From the NCBI GenBank assembly GCA_903813345.2, contig CAIIXF020000001.1, positions 24,242,001 to 24,306,000 on the forward strand: a stretch of 64,000 nucleotides of DNA, written 5' to 3'. Each line of letters begins with the position of its first letter. Position 1 is the stretch's first letter. The stretch is from Owenia fusiformis. Taxonomy: Eukaryota. Positions 1-13,000 of this stretch are shown here, one piece after another. Position numbers and translations under genes: made by a program. The notes beneath the pieces are model-generated. The model saw only the letters and a list, made by a program, of their open reading frames with translations, was not told the DNA's origin and did no database searches.

Positions 1-51
1 AATGTTTCAGTTCAATTGAATAATTTGGCATTATTTTCTAAAATCCTACTT

Positions 52-420
52 TTCAAGATGGCCACTGAATTTCAAAATGGCGGCCATTTTCCCTTAAAAA
101 AACGTAATCTTTGATAACTTAAATACCAGTGAACGGATTTGGTTCAAATTTTATATGATGATGCCTAGGGACAAAGTAGATCTGTTCGAGTAAGAATTTT
201 CAAGATGGCAGCTGAATTTCAAAATGGCGGCCATTTTTCGTAAAAAAAATAATCTTTGATAACTCAAATACCAGTGAACGGATTTGGTTCAAATTTTATA
301 TGCTCATACCTAGGGACACAGTAGCTCTGTTCAAGAAAGAATTTTCAAAATGGCCACTGAATTTCCAAATGGCTGCCATTTTTATAAAAGAAAGTAATCT
401 TTGATAACTCAATTGCTAAT
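52..420. repeat. ~146-bp tandem repeat (about 2.5 copies visible) with CAAGATGGC / AAAATGGCGGCCATTTT motifs
   Basis: ttttcaagatggc..ctgaatttcaaaatggcggccatttt recurs at ~52, ~197, ~342; gaacggatttggttcaaattttatatg recurs at ~131 and ~276. Confidence 0.8.
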
Positions 421-499
421 TGACGCACAAGACTGTGGGTCCTTTATTACATTGTCCTAATTATCTTTTACAGGAACTTATTTTATTTATCTTTTACAG

Positions 500-2250
500 G
501 AATGTGGGATGGCCTACAGAAAAACAAAGGAGTCATACTCGAACGCTATGAAACTAGTGATGGGGTACTAAAAGATGTTACAGATGGTGAGGTCTACAGA
601 AACCTAATAAAAACTGGATTTTTATCAAATCCTCACAATATTAGTGTCATGATGAATACAGATGGTGTTAACCTCTATAAATCAACAGGTGTTGAAATAT
701 GGCCGATTTTCCTATCAGTGACTGAACTCCCTCCTGCAGAGAGGTTTGCTCGTGAAAATATGATCCCAGCTAGTTTATGGCAAGGAAAGGGTAAGCCACC
801 TTTCCAACAGTACATGGAAGTATTCTCATCGGAAATGAACAAACTATATACAGAGGGCATAGATATTCATGTAAATCAAGAAATGATAAATGTGAAAGTA
901 GTAGTCATTACATCACCAGCAGACCTACCAGCTAGGGCAAATATGATGAACATGACATATTATAACGGCCAGTATGCTTGCACAACTTGTGAAATACCAG
1001 GCAAAACTGAAGTACAAGGTGGTGGACACACTAAAGCATTTCCAGCCCAGCACACCTACAAATACAGAACAGACAAGGAGATTCGCGATTGCATGACAAA
1101 AGGCCAAGAGAAAAAAAGAATCCTGGGTTTTAAAGGTAAATCTGGGCTCTATGATCTGAAAGGAGTGGACTTGAGCAAACTTTGCCCACCCGACTACATG
1201 CACTGTGTCTGTATGGGTGTAATCCCAAAAATTAATAAAAGGTGGTTTTCTTCTGAAAACAGCAATGAAAGTTACCATGTTGGTAAAGAAATAAAAGAAA
1301 TTTCAAGAAGAATGCAGTATATTAAGCCACCAAACATGATAGAAAGGTTACCACGAAACCTGGAGAAACATTATTTACACTTCAAGGCAACTGAAAATCA
1401 AACATGGATGCTTTTTTATGCAGTACCTTGCCTCGAAGGAATCCTCCCTAAGAAATACTTGGACCATTTCAAAAAACTCTCTGAAGGCATACACATTTTG
1501 CTTGGTGACAGTATAACTACAGAACAAATTAACAGAGCAGAACTTCTCCTCAAAGAATTCTACGTTGAATACCCCAAGCTATATCCCCCTGGAGACTGTA
1601 CATTGAACTTGCACTACATTGGAGCCCATTTCGGATATTGGGTCCAACAATTGGGACCATTGTGGAATTGGAGCTGCTTTCCCTATGAAGATTCAAATGC
1701 ACATATATTAAAAATGTGCCATGGAACAGGGGATGTAACAACACAGATAATGAGGCAAAAAACAGCTGAGATTAAAATAAGGACACAAAATCAACCAGTC
1801 AAAATCAAAGAGTTGAATACAACTGAGGAAAAACTTAAAATACATGGTAAAACAAGGCCATTATCTGATTCTGATCATGATCTGGACTCTGTGCCTCAGA
1901 ACTGTACATCAGTGGCTTCACGAATCTCCATAAATGGAGAGATGTTCTACTCTGATGAGTATGCACGCATGAAGAGGAGAATTTGTAACTGTGTGGAATT
2001 AAAAAATGGAAAACGTGGTTTCATTAAGAGGTTTGTTACTGATGGCAAAGAAACACATTTTGCAGTAATTGATATGCTCAGAGTGCAGAGAGGTTCAACT
2101 TATGCAAATAAAGCAAAACCTTCAGGGAAAACAGAGCTGTATCACATAAGTGAGCTAAAGAGAAAACTTGTTTTAGTTCAGTGTGGAGAAAATATGCAAA
2201 TGTATGTTCTAGCAATGCCTAATGGCATTGGACGCTCCGTTTTCAAATAA
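500..2250 (+). CDS. CACTA/EnSpm (CMC superfamily) DDE transposase, last coding exon
   Basis: Uninterrupted 582-aa ORF with NTDGV (D1), ADLPARA (D2), YACTTC, DYMH and LGPLWNWSCFPYE (E) motifs typical of animal EnSpm/CACTA transposases. It is preceded by the acceptor ttttacag (AG at 498-499), so an upstream exon probably lies outside the window. Confidence 0.85.
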
Positions 2251-2889
2251 AGCATCTGTTCGGGCGATAACTGAAATATTTTCCATTGTGTTCCTTACAC
2301 CATATTGAACATAATATTCACATGAAATTGACTTTTATAAAGTTCTTATGCATTGACAATAATCATAATTCTTGAATATTAGAATATTTGTAGAATATTT
2401 TCCAGGACTTAGATATTTCACTTTATTCTGAAAAAGCTCTGCAAGTGTTGCCAGGATGAATATATATTGAATATTAAATACACAGTAAAATAATTTGTAT
2501 CTTTAATACAAAATAATGTTTTATTTTGAATAAATTCTGTAAGTGTTCTTAAACCTAGTACATAGCGTTCTTGAACCTAGGTAAATAACAATTTTATGTA
2601 ATAAAACATACTATAACATACTAGTATGTTGCTGTTGGATTCAAATACAATTTCTTACAATATACTTAAATACTTTTTGAACTATAATTCAGAATTCCTG
2701 TTATTCTGAAGATAATTCTTGAATTTATATATATATATATAATAATAATATGTATAAAAGTCAAAATTCTTAGTGTACATACTAAATATAATAAAATAAT
2801 TTGAAATAAAAGCAGAGAAATTCTTCCTACATGTTTCTTTATTTAAACATCTTTCTTGAAGATTTTTAAATAAAGAAACATGTAGGAAA

Positions 2890-3960
2890 CATGTGGTGAA
2901 AAAGTGAAGAATATCTGAGAACATATTTTTTAGTTCTTCATTATTATTCAAATATCCTTCAAAGAAGTAGGTGAAAATAAGAAGAATTTCCAAGATTACC
3001 AATAATTCAAAATGTTCTTTGTTATTCTTAAGATATTCTTCAAATAAGCTGGTGAAAAATTGAAGAATATCTAAGAACACATAAGTTCGTCATTATTATT
3101 CAAATATCCTTTAAATAACATGGTGAAAATATGAAGGATTTCCAAGATTACCAGTAGTACAAAATGTTCTTTATTATTCAACAAATATTCTTCAAATAAG
3201 GTGGTGAAAAATTAAAGAATATCTAAGAACATAGAAGTTCTTCACTATTATTCAAATATCCTTTAAACAAGGTGGTGAAAATATGAAGAATTTTCAGGAT
3301 ATCGAACAATACAAAATGTTCTTTATTATTCTTCAGATATTCTTCAAATGAGGTGGTGAAAATGTGAAGAATATCTGAGAACATTGTAGTTCCTCATTAT
3401 TATTCAAATATCCTTCAAACAAGTTAATGAAAATATAAAGAATCTCCAAGAATACCATAACTACAAAATGTTCTTCATAATTCTTCAAATATTCTTCAAA
3501 TGAGGTAATGAAAAATTGAAGAATATCTAAGAACATAGAAGTTCTTCACTATTATTCAAATATCCTTTAAACAAGGTGGTGAAAATATGAAGAATTTTCA
3601 GGATATCCAACAATACAAAATATTCTTTATTATTCTTCGAATATCCTTCAAATGAAGTGGTGAAAAAATGAAGAATATCTGAGAATATTTTAGTTATTCA
3701 TTATTATTCTCTCATTCCTTAAACAACATGGTGAAAATATGAAGAATTTCCAAGATTTCAAGAAATAGAAAATGTTATTCATTATTATTCAAATATTCTT
3801 CATTCAGGGTGGTGAAAATATGAAGTATTTTGAAGAACATGAAACATTCTTTATTTTTCTTCAATTATTCACCATAGAATTTGAAGAATATTCAAGAACA
3901 TAAATTATTCTTTATTATTCTTCAAAAATACAAGAATATGGTTAAATCTTTATTCTTCAC
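2890..3960. repeat. ~152-bp tandem array (two ~71/81-bp subunits, about 7 copies), probable CACTA subterminal repeats
   Basis: tggtgaaaa..gaagaatatct.agaaca variants at ~2893, 3050, 3202, 3354, 3506, 3658, 3810; rich in GAATAT/ATATTC motifs. Confidence 0.85.
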
Positions 3961-4061
3961 AATTTATCTCGATATTACAATATTCATCACACCTGAATAT
4001 TCATGAATAATTCATGAATATTCATATCACAAGAATATCATTTCGCCGGGGTAATCATTAC

Positions 4062-7000
4062 CTGGACAGTTGTGTATGTTGCAAGATCTTGTCTCATCCA
4101 AGGGGTCTGTACAATTTGCCCCATTGTAGAAAGGGCCATAACATGTGCGAATCCTGCTCTGGCCACCTCCGCCACATGTCAGGGAGCATCTACTCCACTC
4201 CTCCCATTGTGTAACAACTCCATTCACTGAAAAAACAAGCCAAACATAATAGGAATTCTACGATATCTATCTTAATATTAATAAGTGATTTGGTACTCGA
4301 AAGAATTTTGTTTCAAAATGAATCATAAAATTGATTAACTATCATACATTAGAAAATACTATGGCTGGCAGTCATTCGCTTAATACAAAGAACGATAGTA
4401 GAATAAAGTATCGAGGCATTGAACATCAGTACTCTCACTACGATGAGAACAAAAATAAATTATGGAAAATTTGGTATGGGAAATATTTCAATCGTAATAA
4501 GGTTTGTGATCAAACTAGAAATCATACTCTACATTTTGAATATATTTATACATTGTCAAAAGTTACCCGGGCAGAAGTGTGTGTTACAATCCTGCTTCTC
4601 CTCTCTAGCCCCCACACAGTCCTCCCCATCATAGAAGGGTCCCAAACATACCCTGGTCCTCAGCTGGGTGCCCCCTCCACATGTTACATTACACTGGTTC
4701 CACTCTGTCCATGTCTCAAATATTCCATCCACTACAAGTTTAATAGAATTCATATAAACATTTACGTAACAACTGGTGTATGAGTAATATGCAAAAGCAT
4801 TCATCTAATACAGGTATCCAGAACATATGTATACTTCCTTCATTCTGAGTTCTCTGAGCCCCTGGGTTAGGATTACTGAAAATGCCATTTTCAAAGTCTA
4901 AATCTAGTTTTCACGATTAATATGTTGTATTTAAGTAATTAATGTAAGCAAGCATTCATGGCTACATGGTCAATTCCACCCTTGGTCATCTCAATGTCAG
5001 GCCAACTCCAATGATTTACATGTATTTTACCTGGGCAATTGTGTGTGTTGCAAGGCTCAACTTCCTCCAGGTCTCCCACACAGTCCTTGCCTCCATGTGC
5101 TACATTGTTACACTGCCTAGTCCTTCCATGTATACCTCCACCACAACTCACACTGCATGCGTCCCAAGCTGTCCAAGGACTGAATGTGCCATCAACTGAA
5201 AGCAAATGTAACAATGTGTTAGATATGATGCAGATTATGTTGATGAATCACTGTGTCTGACTCAACAAAATCATCAAACATACATTTACCAACTTCGATG
5301 TTAAAGGTTTTGTAATGACTGCAAATATTATATTTGACATAATACAAGAACTTAATGGATGCTGTGTGATCATTTTTAAATGTATTGTAGTTGAATGTCA
5401 ATTTTTTCAATCCTTTTCAATATCAAGTTTTCTCCAAATTAGTCAACTAGAAGACTGAACACATTGTTTCAAGTGTTTTAGTAGTAAAAGTTAAGCAGAT
5501 GCAGTGAACAAAATAAAATGGAGTGCAGTATATAATCAATTCATGTCACACAGCCAAATGCTTGATAAACACAATATTCATAAGGTGAACAAAACATGGG
5601 GTTTAATCCAGTGTTGAATTGAAAAGTTCAAGGCAAATGTAAAATGACGAAACTTCTGTATGTTTCTTTGAGCAGGGAGCCATTTATTTGAGTTAATTAT
5701 CCATTTCCTACCTGGACAATCATATACATTGCAATCCTGTGTTTCAACCATGGGTTCTGGGCAGTCAGCTCCTCCATAGTAGGGTCCATTACAAGTTCTG
5801 CTTCGTGTCCTTGTTCCCCCTGCACATGTCACACTGCACTTGCCCCACTCAGTCCACTCTTCATGCACTCCATCAACTACAGAGAATTATGACAATTTAT
5901 GTACTCAATATACAAAAGCTTTGTAGAATGGTATTACGCTCCATCAACTACAGAAATAACATCATATTTTTACTTAAAACCAACCTGATGGTTTTCATCT
6001 AATAGACTAGAGACTTATAGCAAGGAAATTAGTGTCTTCCTTTACAAAAAGTATATAATACATACACATTAATATACATAACAATAATGATACAAATGTT
6101 GAGGCTCTTATAAGAATTGCATATAGGACCATTATCTTATTTACATGTGAGTGCTATATAAGTTTCTTATTTCTTAGCTTATGGCCTTTCTTATAACTTC
6201 TTTCAGCTTTAATTACTGAAATGCAAATTACCAGGACAAAACATATCATTGCAACCCTCAATCTCTGTGTCGTCTCCACTACAGTTGGCTCCACCATAGA
6301 ATGGTCCAAAGCAGTTCCTGGTTCTCTTACGTGAACCTCCTCCACATGTGACATTGCAGTTGCTCCATGACACCCAGGTTTCATATGCACCATCCACTTT
6401 AACAGAGGTAATAAAATCTACATTTACTTTTGGTTCATTATACATGAAGAATACTAATGGGGCTTGGTGACTTGTATAGATGGTAGTAATAACTGGGTTG
6501 TTTCCAAAGCAACTTGTATTGTTTAATAAGCACATATTGCCCCAAAATCAATTTTATTTGCATACTATGCAAATCTTTGAATCTGTGTTGTTTTGTGAAT
6601 TTAGTTGTCGCATTATCGTTGTTACATAGTTTCAAGACTAAGAAATATTTACATGTCATTGTATGCCAATCTAACTGAGGGGAATGTTTCCATCTATAGA
6701 CAGTCACCCCTCATTAGATTATTCTTCAAGAAACAGTTGGTTGAATGTATGTTGCTATATAATTGAAGCATCATATCATACAAACACAACACTAGCATAT
6801 AGAAGTCAAGTCACATCCAATTTCACATTATAAATACAATGCAAAATTCAAGTCAATACCAATGCAAAGCTGCTAACAAATTTAAGCACAAATGTCATGT
6901 AAGCGAATACAAATTGCACATTTTCTTCAACAACATAAAGGAAAGCCATTCTGCCATTTACATTAGATATTTTAACTTACGGACTGATCCATCTAAAACA

Positions 7001-10000
7001 CATGTAAGTTATTATAAAAAAGGTGGTTCTAATTATGCTATAATGTTGGATGTTGTTTTTGACTACATTATGAGCCTGGAAGAGAAAATTGTATGTTTTG
7101 ATTATTTCAAAGTAACATAACAGTAGATAAATCATTTGTATTGGTAGATGTATACACAATTATGAAAAGTGAAGACACATTACCTGGGCATGGCCACATA
7201 TTACACTCCTGCGTCTGATTGTGATCACCTTCACACTCCAGACCCCCATAGAATGGTCCAATGCATTCACGGTGACGTCTCTGTAGACCTCCGGCACAAC
7301 TTACGTCACATGTATCCCACTCAGTCCATATACTAAACACACCATCTATTGGACAATTGTGCTCGTTACATGCTTGAGACTGATTGGCTGGACCAATGCA
7401 ATCAAGTCCTCCATAAAATGGTCCAATGCAATCTCGAAACCTTGACTGTTCCCCTCCACCACAGGACAATGAGCAATCCATCCATGCTGCCCATGTTGTA
7501 AATACACCATCAACTATAATAACAGCATACAGACAGGTAAGTACATTACATTTAATGTATGTGTATAAAGTCAAAGTGTGTATAATGCTCAGAACACTGG
7601 AATAATTAAATGACATGGTTGTGCATATGGATGAGTTGTGGCTTGTAAGTTGAATATAATTTCAAATCTATTTAATCATGTTCAAGAAAATGCATTGTTA
7701 ACCCTTCTCACTATTTAGGGCACTTGAGTTCATTTTGTAATAAATAATCAAGAAATAAAATACATTAGAAATTCATAAAAAGAAATTCATTAAAAGAACA
7801 TCCTAGAATATATAAAGTGGTGATACTTACTTGGGCAATGATGTGTGTTACAAACTTCTGTTTCCACAGATTCTCCTTCACAAGGTTTACCACCATGAGC
7901 TGCTCCCCCACATTGCCTATCACGCAGTCGTGTCCCTCCACCACAAGAAGTAGTACAGTCACTCCACTGTTCCCAGGATGAGTACTCTCCATCAACTAAT
8001 CAATGAACCACCACAAAACAGTTAATAATATATCATCAACTCATAAAATCTTTATAAAATACCAGTGGACTCCATTAGTTGCGCGAGATTGAGGTTCTTT
8101 ATCACCAAGAGTGTTGTGTCAAACAAGTATAATCATGATAAATTAATGTGAAATAGTTTGAAATATTTTTCTTTGAAATTTATTATTATGACCTCTGACT
8201 GTGTATACATTATATTAAGATTGAAACTGCAGCTAGAATACTATTTTTATTTTTCATAAATGCTAGTTAAGCATTAGAACGTTTTATAAAACATTTTCCA
8301 AATTTTATAACTTTGCATTCACTTTTATTTCAAGACCCCATACTTTTAGTGCCACATAATATTGACTCTTACCTGGGCAACTTCTTGTGTTACAGGCTTG
8401 GGAATCGGACAATGTCTCATTACAGTCCTGGCCATTGTAGAATGGTCCATGGCATTCCCTGCTGCGATTCTGCACACCACCACCACATGTTAGACTGCAG
8501 TCACTCCAAGGGGACCACGTCATCAGAACACCATCAACTGAAGATGAAACATTATGTTATGAGGCTTTATCTGATTCAATCAAAAGCTTCATCTGGTGTG
8601 ATAATATAAAGTAATAACAAATGTAGAATTGGATTTTTGATTTTAAACAGCATATCTGATTTACACAATGCAAATAAGCAGAGATTTAAGTGTTAGAACA
8701 TATAGAAAAAAACATATCTCAATAAGTAGCTTGGTAAAATGAATCAGAATGGGCATAATATGGTGGACTCACATGGTGAAAAGGAACCAATAACCATGAA
8801 ATTCTATTTTTTTGAAATTGTGTGACTAATCTCTTCATCCACAAGTCACCAAAACTTTGATATGCATGAAGGTACTAGTACGCATTTTATCTAAATTTCT
8901 AATTATTTCAATGTTTCAAAAAGAAATAGGTCAAATTGCAAAAGTAGGTCAAATCACTGAATAATTAGGTCATTAAGAAATCAATATGAGAGTATTTGTG
9001 AAGTACTCTGAAGTAAATGAAGTTGAGTTATTTAATATGAGAATAGTTACATTGCAATATGCTTGAAACTAAAGGTCAACTTTTTGCAAAATTTACTAAA
9101 CATTTAACCTGGGAAGCTGAATCTCAAACTAAACACTTCTCAGATTGGTTGCCTGGACCACTTGATTTATATATTTCTCAAACAATGAGGCCAAATATAA
9201 GCCTGACAAGTGTTGTCAATTACTAGGATGAAATATACGTATATGTATAAGTATTGGTTCAGACGAATGGCCATTTTCAATTTCCTACTTTTGTCACTGA
9301 CATACAAACAGAAGGACAGACAGATGAGTGGGCAATTTCATTGTCTCACCATGTGAGCCAAAATTATCATGCAGTTTTGGGTCCATTAAGATCTTTATTT
9401 TATTCTGCGACTACAATTAAACTCATGCAGCAGTGAGACTACAATTTGACTACATTAGCCAGTTGGGATTTAAGGCAAAAGCAACAACATGAATACACCA
9501 CCTCAATGTTATATATGCAGAATAGGGCTAAGCTGAAACATTCTAAAATACATTTTATTCATTTTGTATTAATAAAGTATATCATACAACTTTAAAATTA
9601 GCTATAGCATTTGAAATTTAGAATAATCAACTTAGAAAAATCGACTAATTGATATTTTAATGGAAGCGCATACTTTAGTCTTTCTAGACCAAAAATGAAT
9701 ACATATATTTTTATTTTTGGATCAATACTTTTATGTAAATAGTTGTATTCAAACACAATTAAGGGGAGCTAGCTCCTATTAGCCATTAGTATAGATAACA
9801 TGAATGCAAATTCCAATCCCAAAGAAACAACTAGTGTATTTAGCAGAATCTGGAGTCCTTCTGATGTAATGAGTAGTACCTGGACAATTGTGCTCATTAC
9901 AGCTCTCAAAGAGGGTATCTGGACCCTCACAGTCATTGCCTCCATGCTGTGATTCTGTACAGAACCTGTATTTCTGCCTTTTGCCACCTCCACATGTTGT

Positions 10001-13000
10001 ATTGCAGTCACTCCATCCTGACCACAGACTCCAGTCACCATCCACTGCAATTAGAATCCAATGAGTAAATTATCAAGGTCAGGTGCCCTCTCTTCTAAAT
10101 GTAAAAGATCAAGCAACAAATTTCTTATTTTTACAATCAAAAAATTCTTTTTTAAAGGCACAAATTAAAAGGGCGTAAGAGTTGCAATGGATGAAAGTGA
10201 AACTATATTTAAAGAAATTAGTACAATAAATCCAAATTCTTCAAGATATAATTTGTAGACAATATTGATACACATTGATTGAGTGTCTTACCGGGACATG
10301 GTTCTGTGCTGCATGTTGTCATGTCTGTTGCACCAGCAGGTCCTCCTATACAGTCGGCTCCACCATACTGTGGGGGTATACACTGCCTGTGCCTCAACTT
10401 GGACCCCCCACCACAGCTGACATTACATGATCCCCACTCACCCCAGTCTGTCCAAACTCCATCAACTACAACACATCAATTTATGTGTATATATAAGATT
10501 ATAAGATTTCTGGCTCTTGGATATATGGCAGAATTAGTCACAATAGATGCTTAAATGTTATTTTTGGCAAGATTGTATTCATCTGTTCATTCTTTATGAA
10601 AATCACTTGAAAGTACTAAAACACATATCAAAGCAAAAATTAAAGGGGCAACAAGGACTGTAGAGAGAAAATCCAATTTTTTTTTATTTGGCTTAACATC
10701 TTCTTGGACATTTTCTTAAAATGTATGGATAAACTATCAATTTTAGCATTAAGAAGTGTAAACTCACTTCAAAGCTTCTATAAAGGGAGTCCCACTTTAA
10801 GATCCACCACATTTCAAGAGGAATATCAGCTGAAATGATATTCATCCAGGGGGTTTCTTTGAAGATAATATAGTATATGTTAGTCTTGATGAAATATCCA
10901 AACTTAAATATATTTTGACACTGGTCGATGATTGTTGAATGGCCCCTCTACACTAATTGTTGCACCTTTAACTTGATTAGTTAAACTTCGAAGTATGTAA
11001 ACATTTTTATATTTGTTCAAATTCAAATGTTTAACATACCAGGACAAAATTGTGTATTACAATCCTGTGTTTGGTTGAGAGGTTCCTGGCAGTCTAGACC
11101 CCCGTAGAATGGTCCTATACACTGTCTGTCTCTAGAGTGGTTACCACCCCCACATGTCACACTGCACTCTCCCCACACAGTCCATGTACTGTACACACCA
11201 TCAACTAAAACACAACACTTACTCATATGCAAGGGCATTTATAGAAACCAATCTAAGGACATTCACTCTTGTGTAAGGGCATTTATAAACACAAATGTAA
11301 GGGCATTTATAAACACTTATGTGAGGGCATTCACAAATACCTATGTAAGGCCATTTATAAACATCTACTGGTATAAACATGCCCAACTATTTAACAACAA
11401 TGTCCCTATCATATCAGATATGCTACATTTCTTGCAAATATAGATCAAGCTTGAGATGAGTGACAATCACTACTTCTAATGGGGCTTACCTGGACAATGG
11501 TGTGTGTTACAGGGCTGCTGTTCTATAGGAGCTCCACTACAATTCAGACCACCATAGTATGGCCCTGTACAGTCTCTAGTCCTGTAGTGGTCCCCACCTC
11601 CACAACTAACATCGCATTCTCCCCAAGTGCTCCATGTGCTGTACACTCCATCAACTACAATATAGAAAAAGCCATTAAGCAACATGCTTGATGGCAAGAC
11701 ATTGAGACTTGTTTTTGATAACAATCAATTTTTTCTTTTTCTGGTGTATTTCTTTCTAAGTTGTTGCTATACACCCTTTCCCCAATTAGTTTATAAACTG
11801 GCATAAAACAAGTGGTTAGAGTAACCCAATAATATAATATTGCGAAAATAATTTGTTACAAATGTAAACAATTACAACATAATAATCACATATAATCTAC
11901 TGTGTCTGGAATACGTACCTGGGCAGAAGTGTGTATTACAGTCCTGCCTCTCCTCTCTTGGACCCAAACAGTCTGCCCCTCCATAAAAGGGTCCCACACA
12001 CACCCTAGTCCTCAACTGGGTGCCCCCTCCACATGTTACATTACACTGGTTCCACTCTGTCCAATTACTGAATACTCCATCCACTGTAAGAAATAATTCT
12101 CATTAGATTTGACTTATACACACTTTAATGAGTCCTAACCCATTTGCATTTAAAAAATTATCCAAAAGCATGAAAACATTCTTATCATATTATTCAATGG
12201 ATCACATTAAGAAAAAATCATTTTTGCAATGATAACTCTAACTTCAGCATTTTCAATCTTCCAAATATTTATTCTTATATCATTAAATTCAACAAAAGTA
12301 AAGCCTATAATGCATACCTGGGCAGTTATGTTCATTGCAAGTCCTGCTCTCCTTGCTAGGTGCCCCACATTCAGCTCCACCATAGAAGGGGCCAATACAT
12401 TCACGAGTTCTTTCCTGGTTACCTCCCCCGCATGTCACATCACACATCGTCCAGTTGGACCAAGACTCATACACTCCATCAACTATGAAGTTTAATAGTG
12501 TATTAAAGGCTCTATTAACTTTTTGCAATTTGATTTAAGCAACATCTACAAAGCTTGATGCATTATGTTTTTGTGTTTCTAACAGGCAAATTGCTTGCTA
12601 TATCACCATTATAAAGTGCAAGTGTCCAGGGATAAGAGGGTAAGGAACAATTTTTGGATTAATGCACATGTTTTCAATGAATTCACCAGCTTTCTAAATT
12701 TTCTGAATTGATTTTCATTTCTATAATACAGTACAGTATAATACAGGTGTAACAATAAACCTGGAAATCAACCCCACCACCCTATTCCTAGACAGCAGTT
12801 ACCTAGAAGCTGATACAATGCAAAATCTACAGAAGCATGTGAAATGGCCAAGCGTCGCTGATACAAATTTTTCTATAATGCTATGTGATTAGAAAGTATG
12901 ATGAAAGATGGGGATGAATTTACCAGGGCAGTGGTGAGAATTACAAACACGTTGTTCTGACGCTGTAGCTGGACATTCTATACCCCCATAGAATGGACCT

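Larger units (their letters stand above)
1..4051 (+). mobile_element. Right part of a CACTA/EnSpm DNA transposon, inserted antisense in an intron of the TSP1 gene
   Basis: Transposase ORF, then a subterminal repeat array (2890-3960), then terminus ...gaatatcatttcgccggg(g) at 4050/4051 (reverse CCCGGCGAAA; CCC ends occur in animal EnSpm). The left end and TSD are not in the window. Confidence 0.7.

Noticed and set aside
2682-3536. 132-aa and 67-aa minus-strand ORFs
   Set aside because: They are translations of the subterminal tandem repeat
2890-3960. Regularly spaced repeats resembling a CRISPR array
   Set aside because: Whole units are repeated with no unique spacers, no cas genes are present and the context is eukaryotic; the same applies to the 23085 and 37430 arrays
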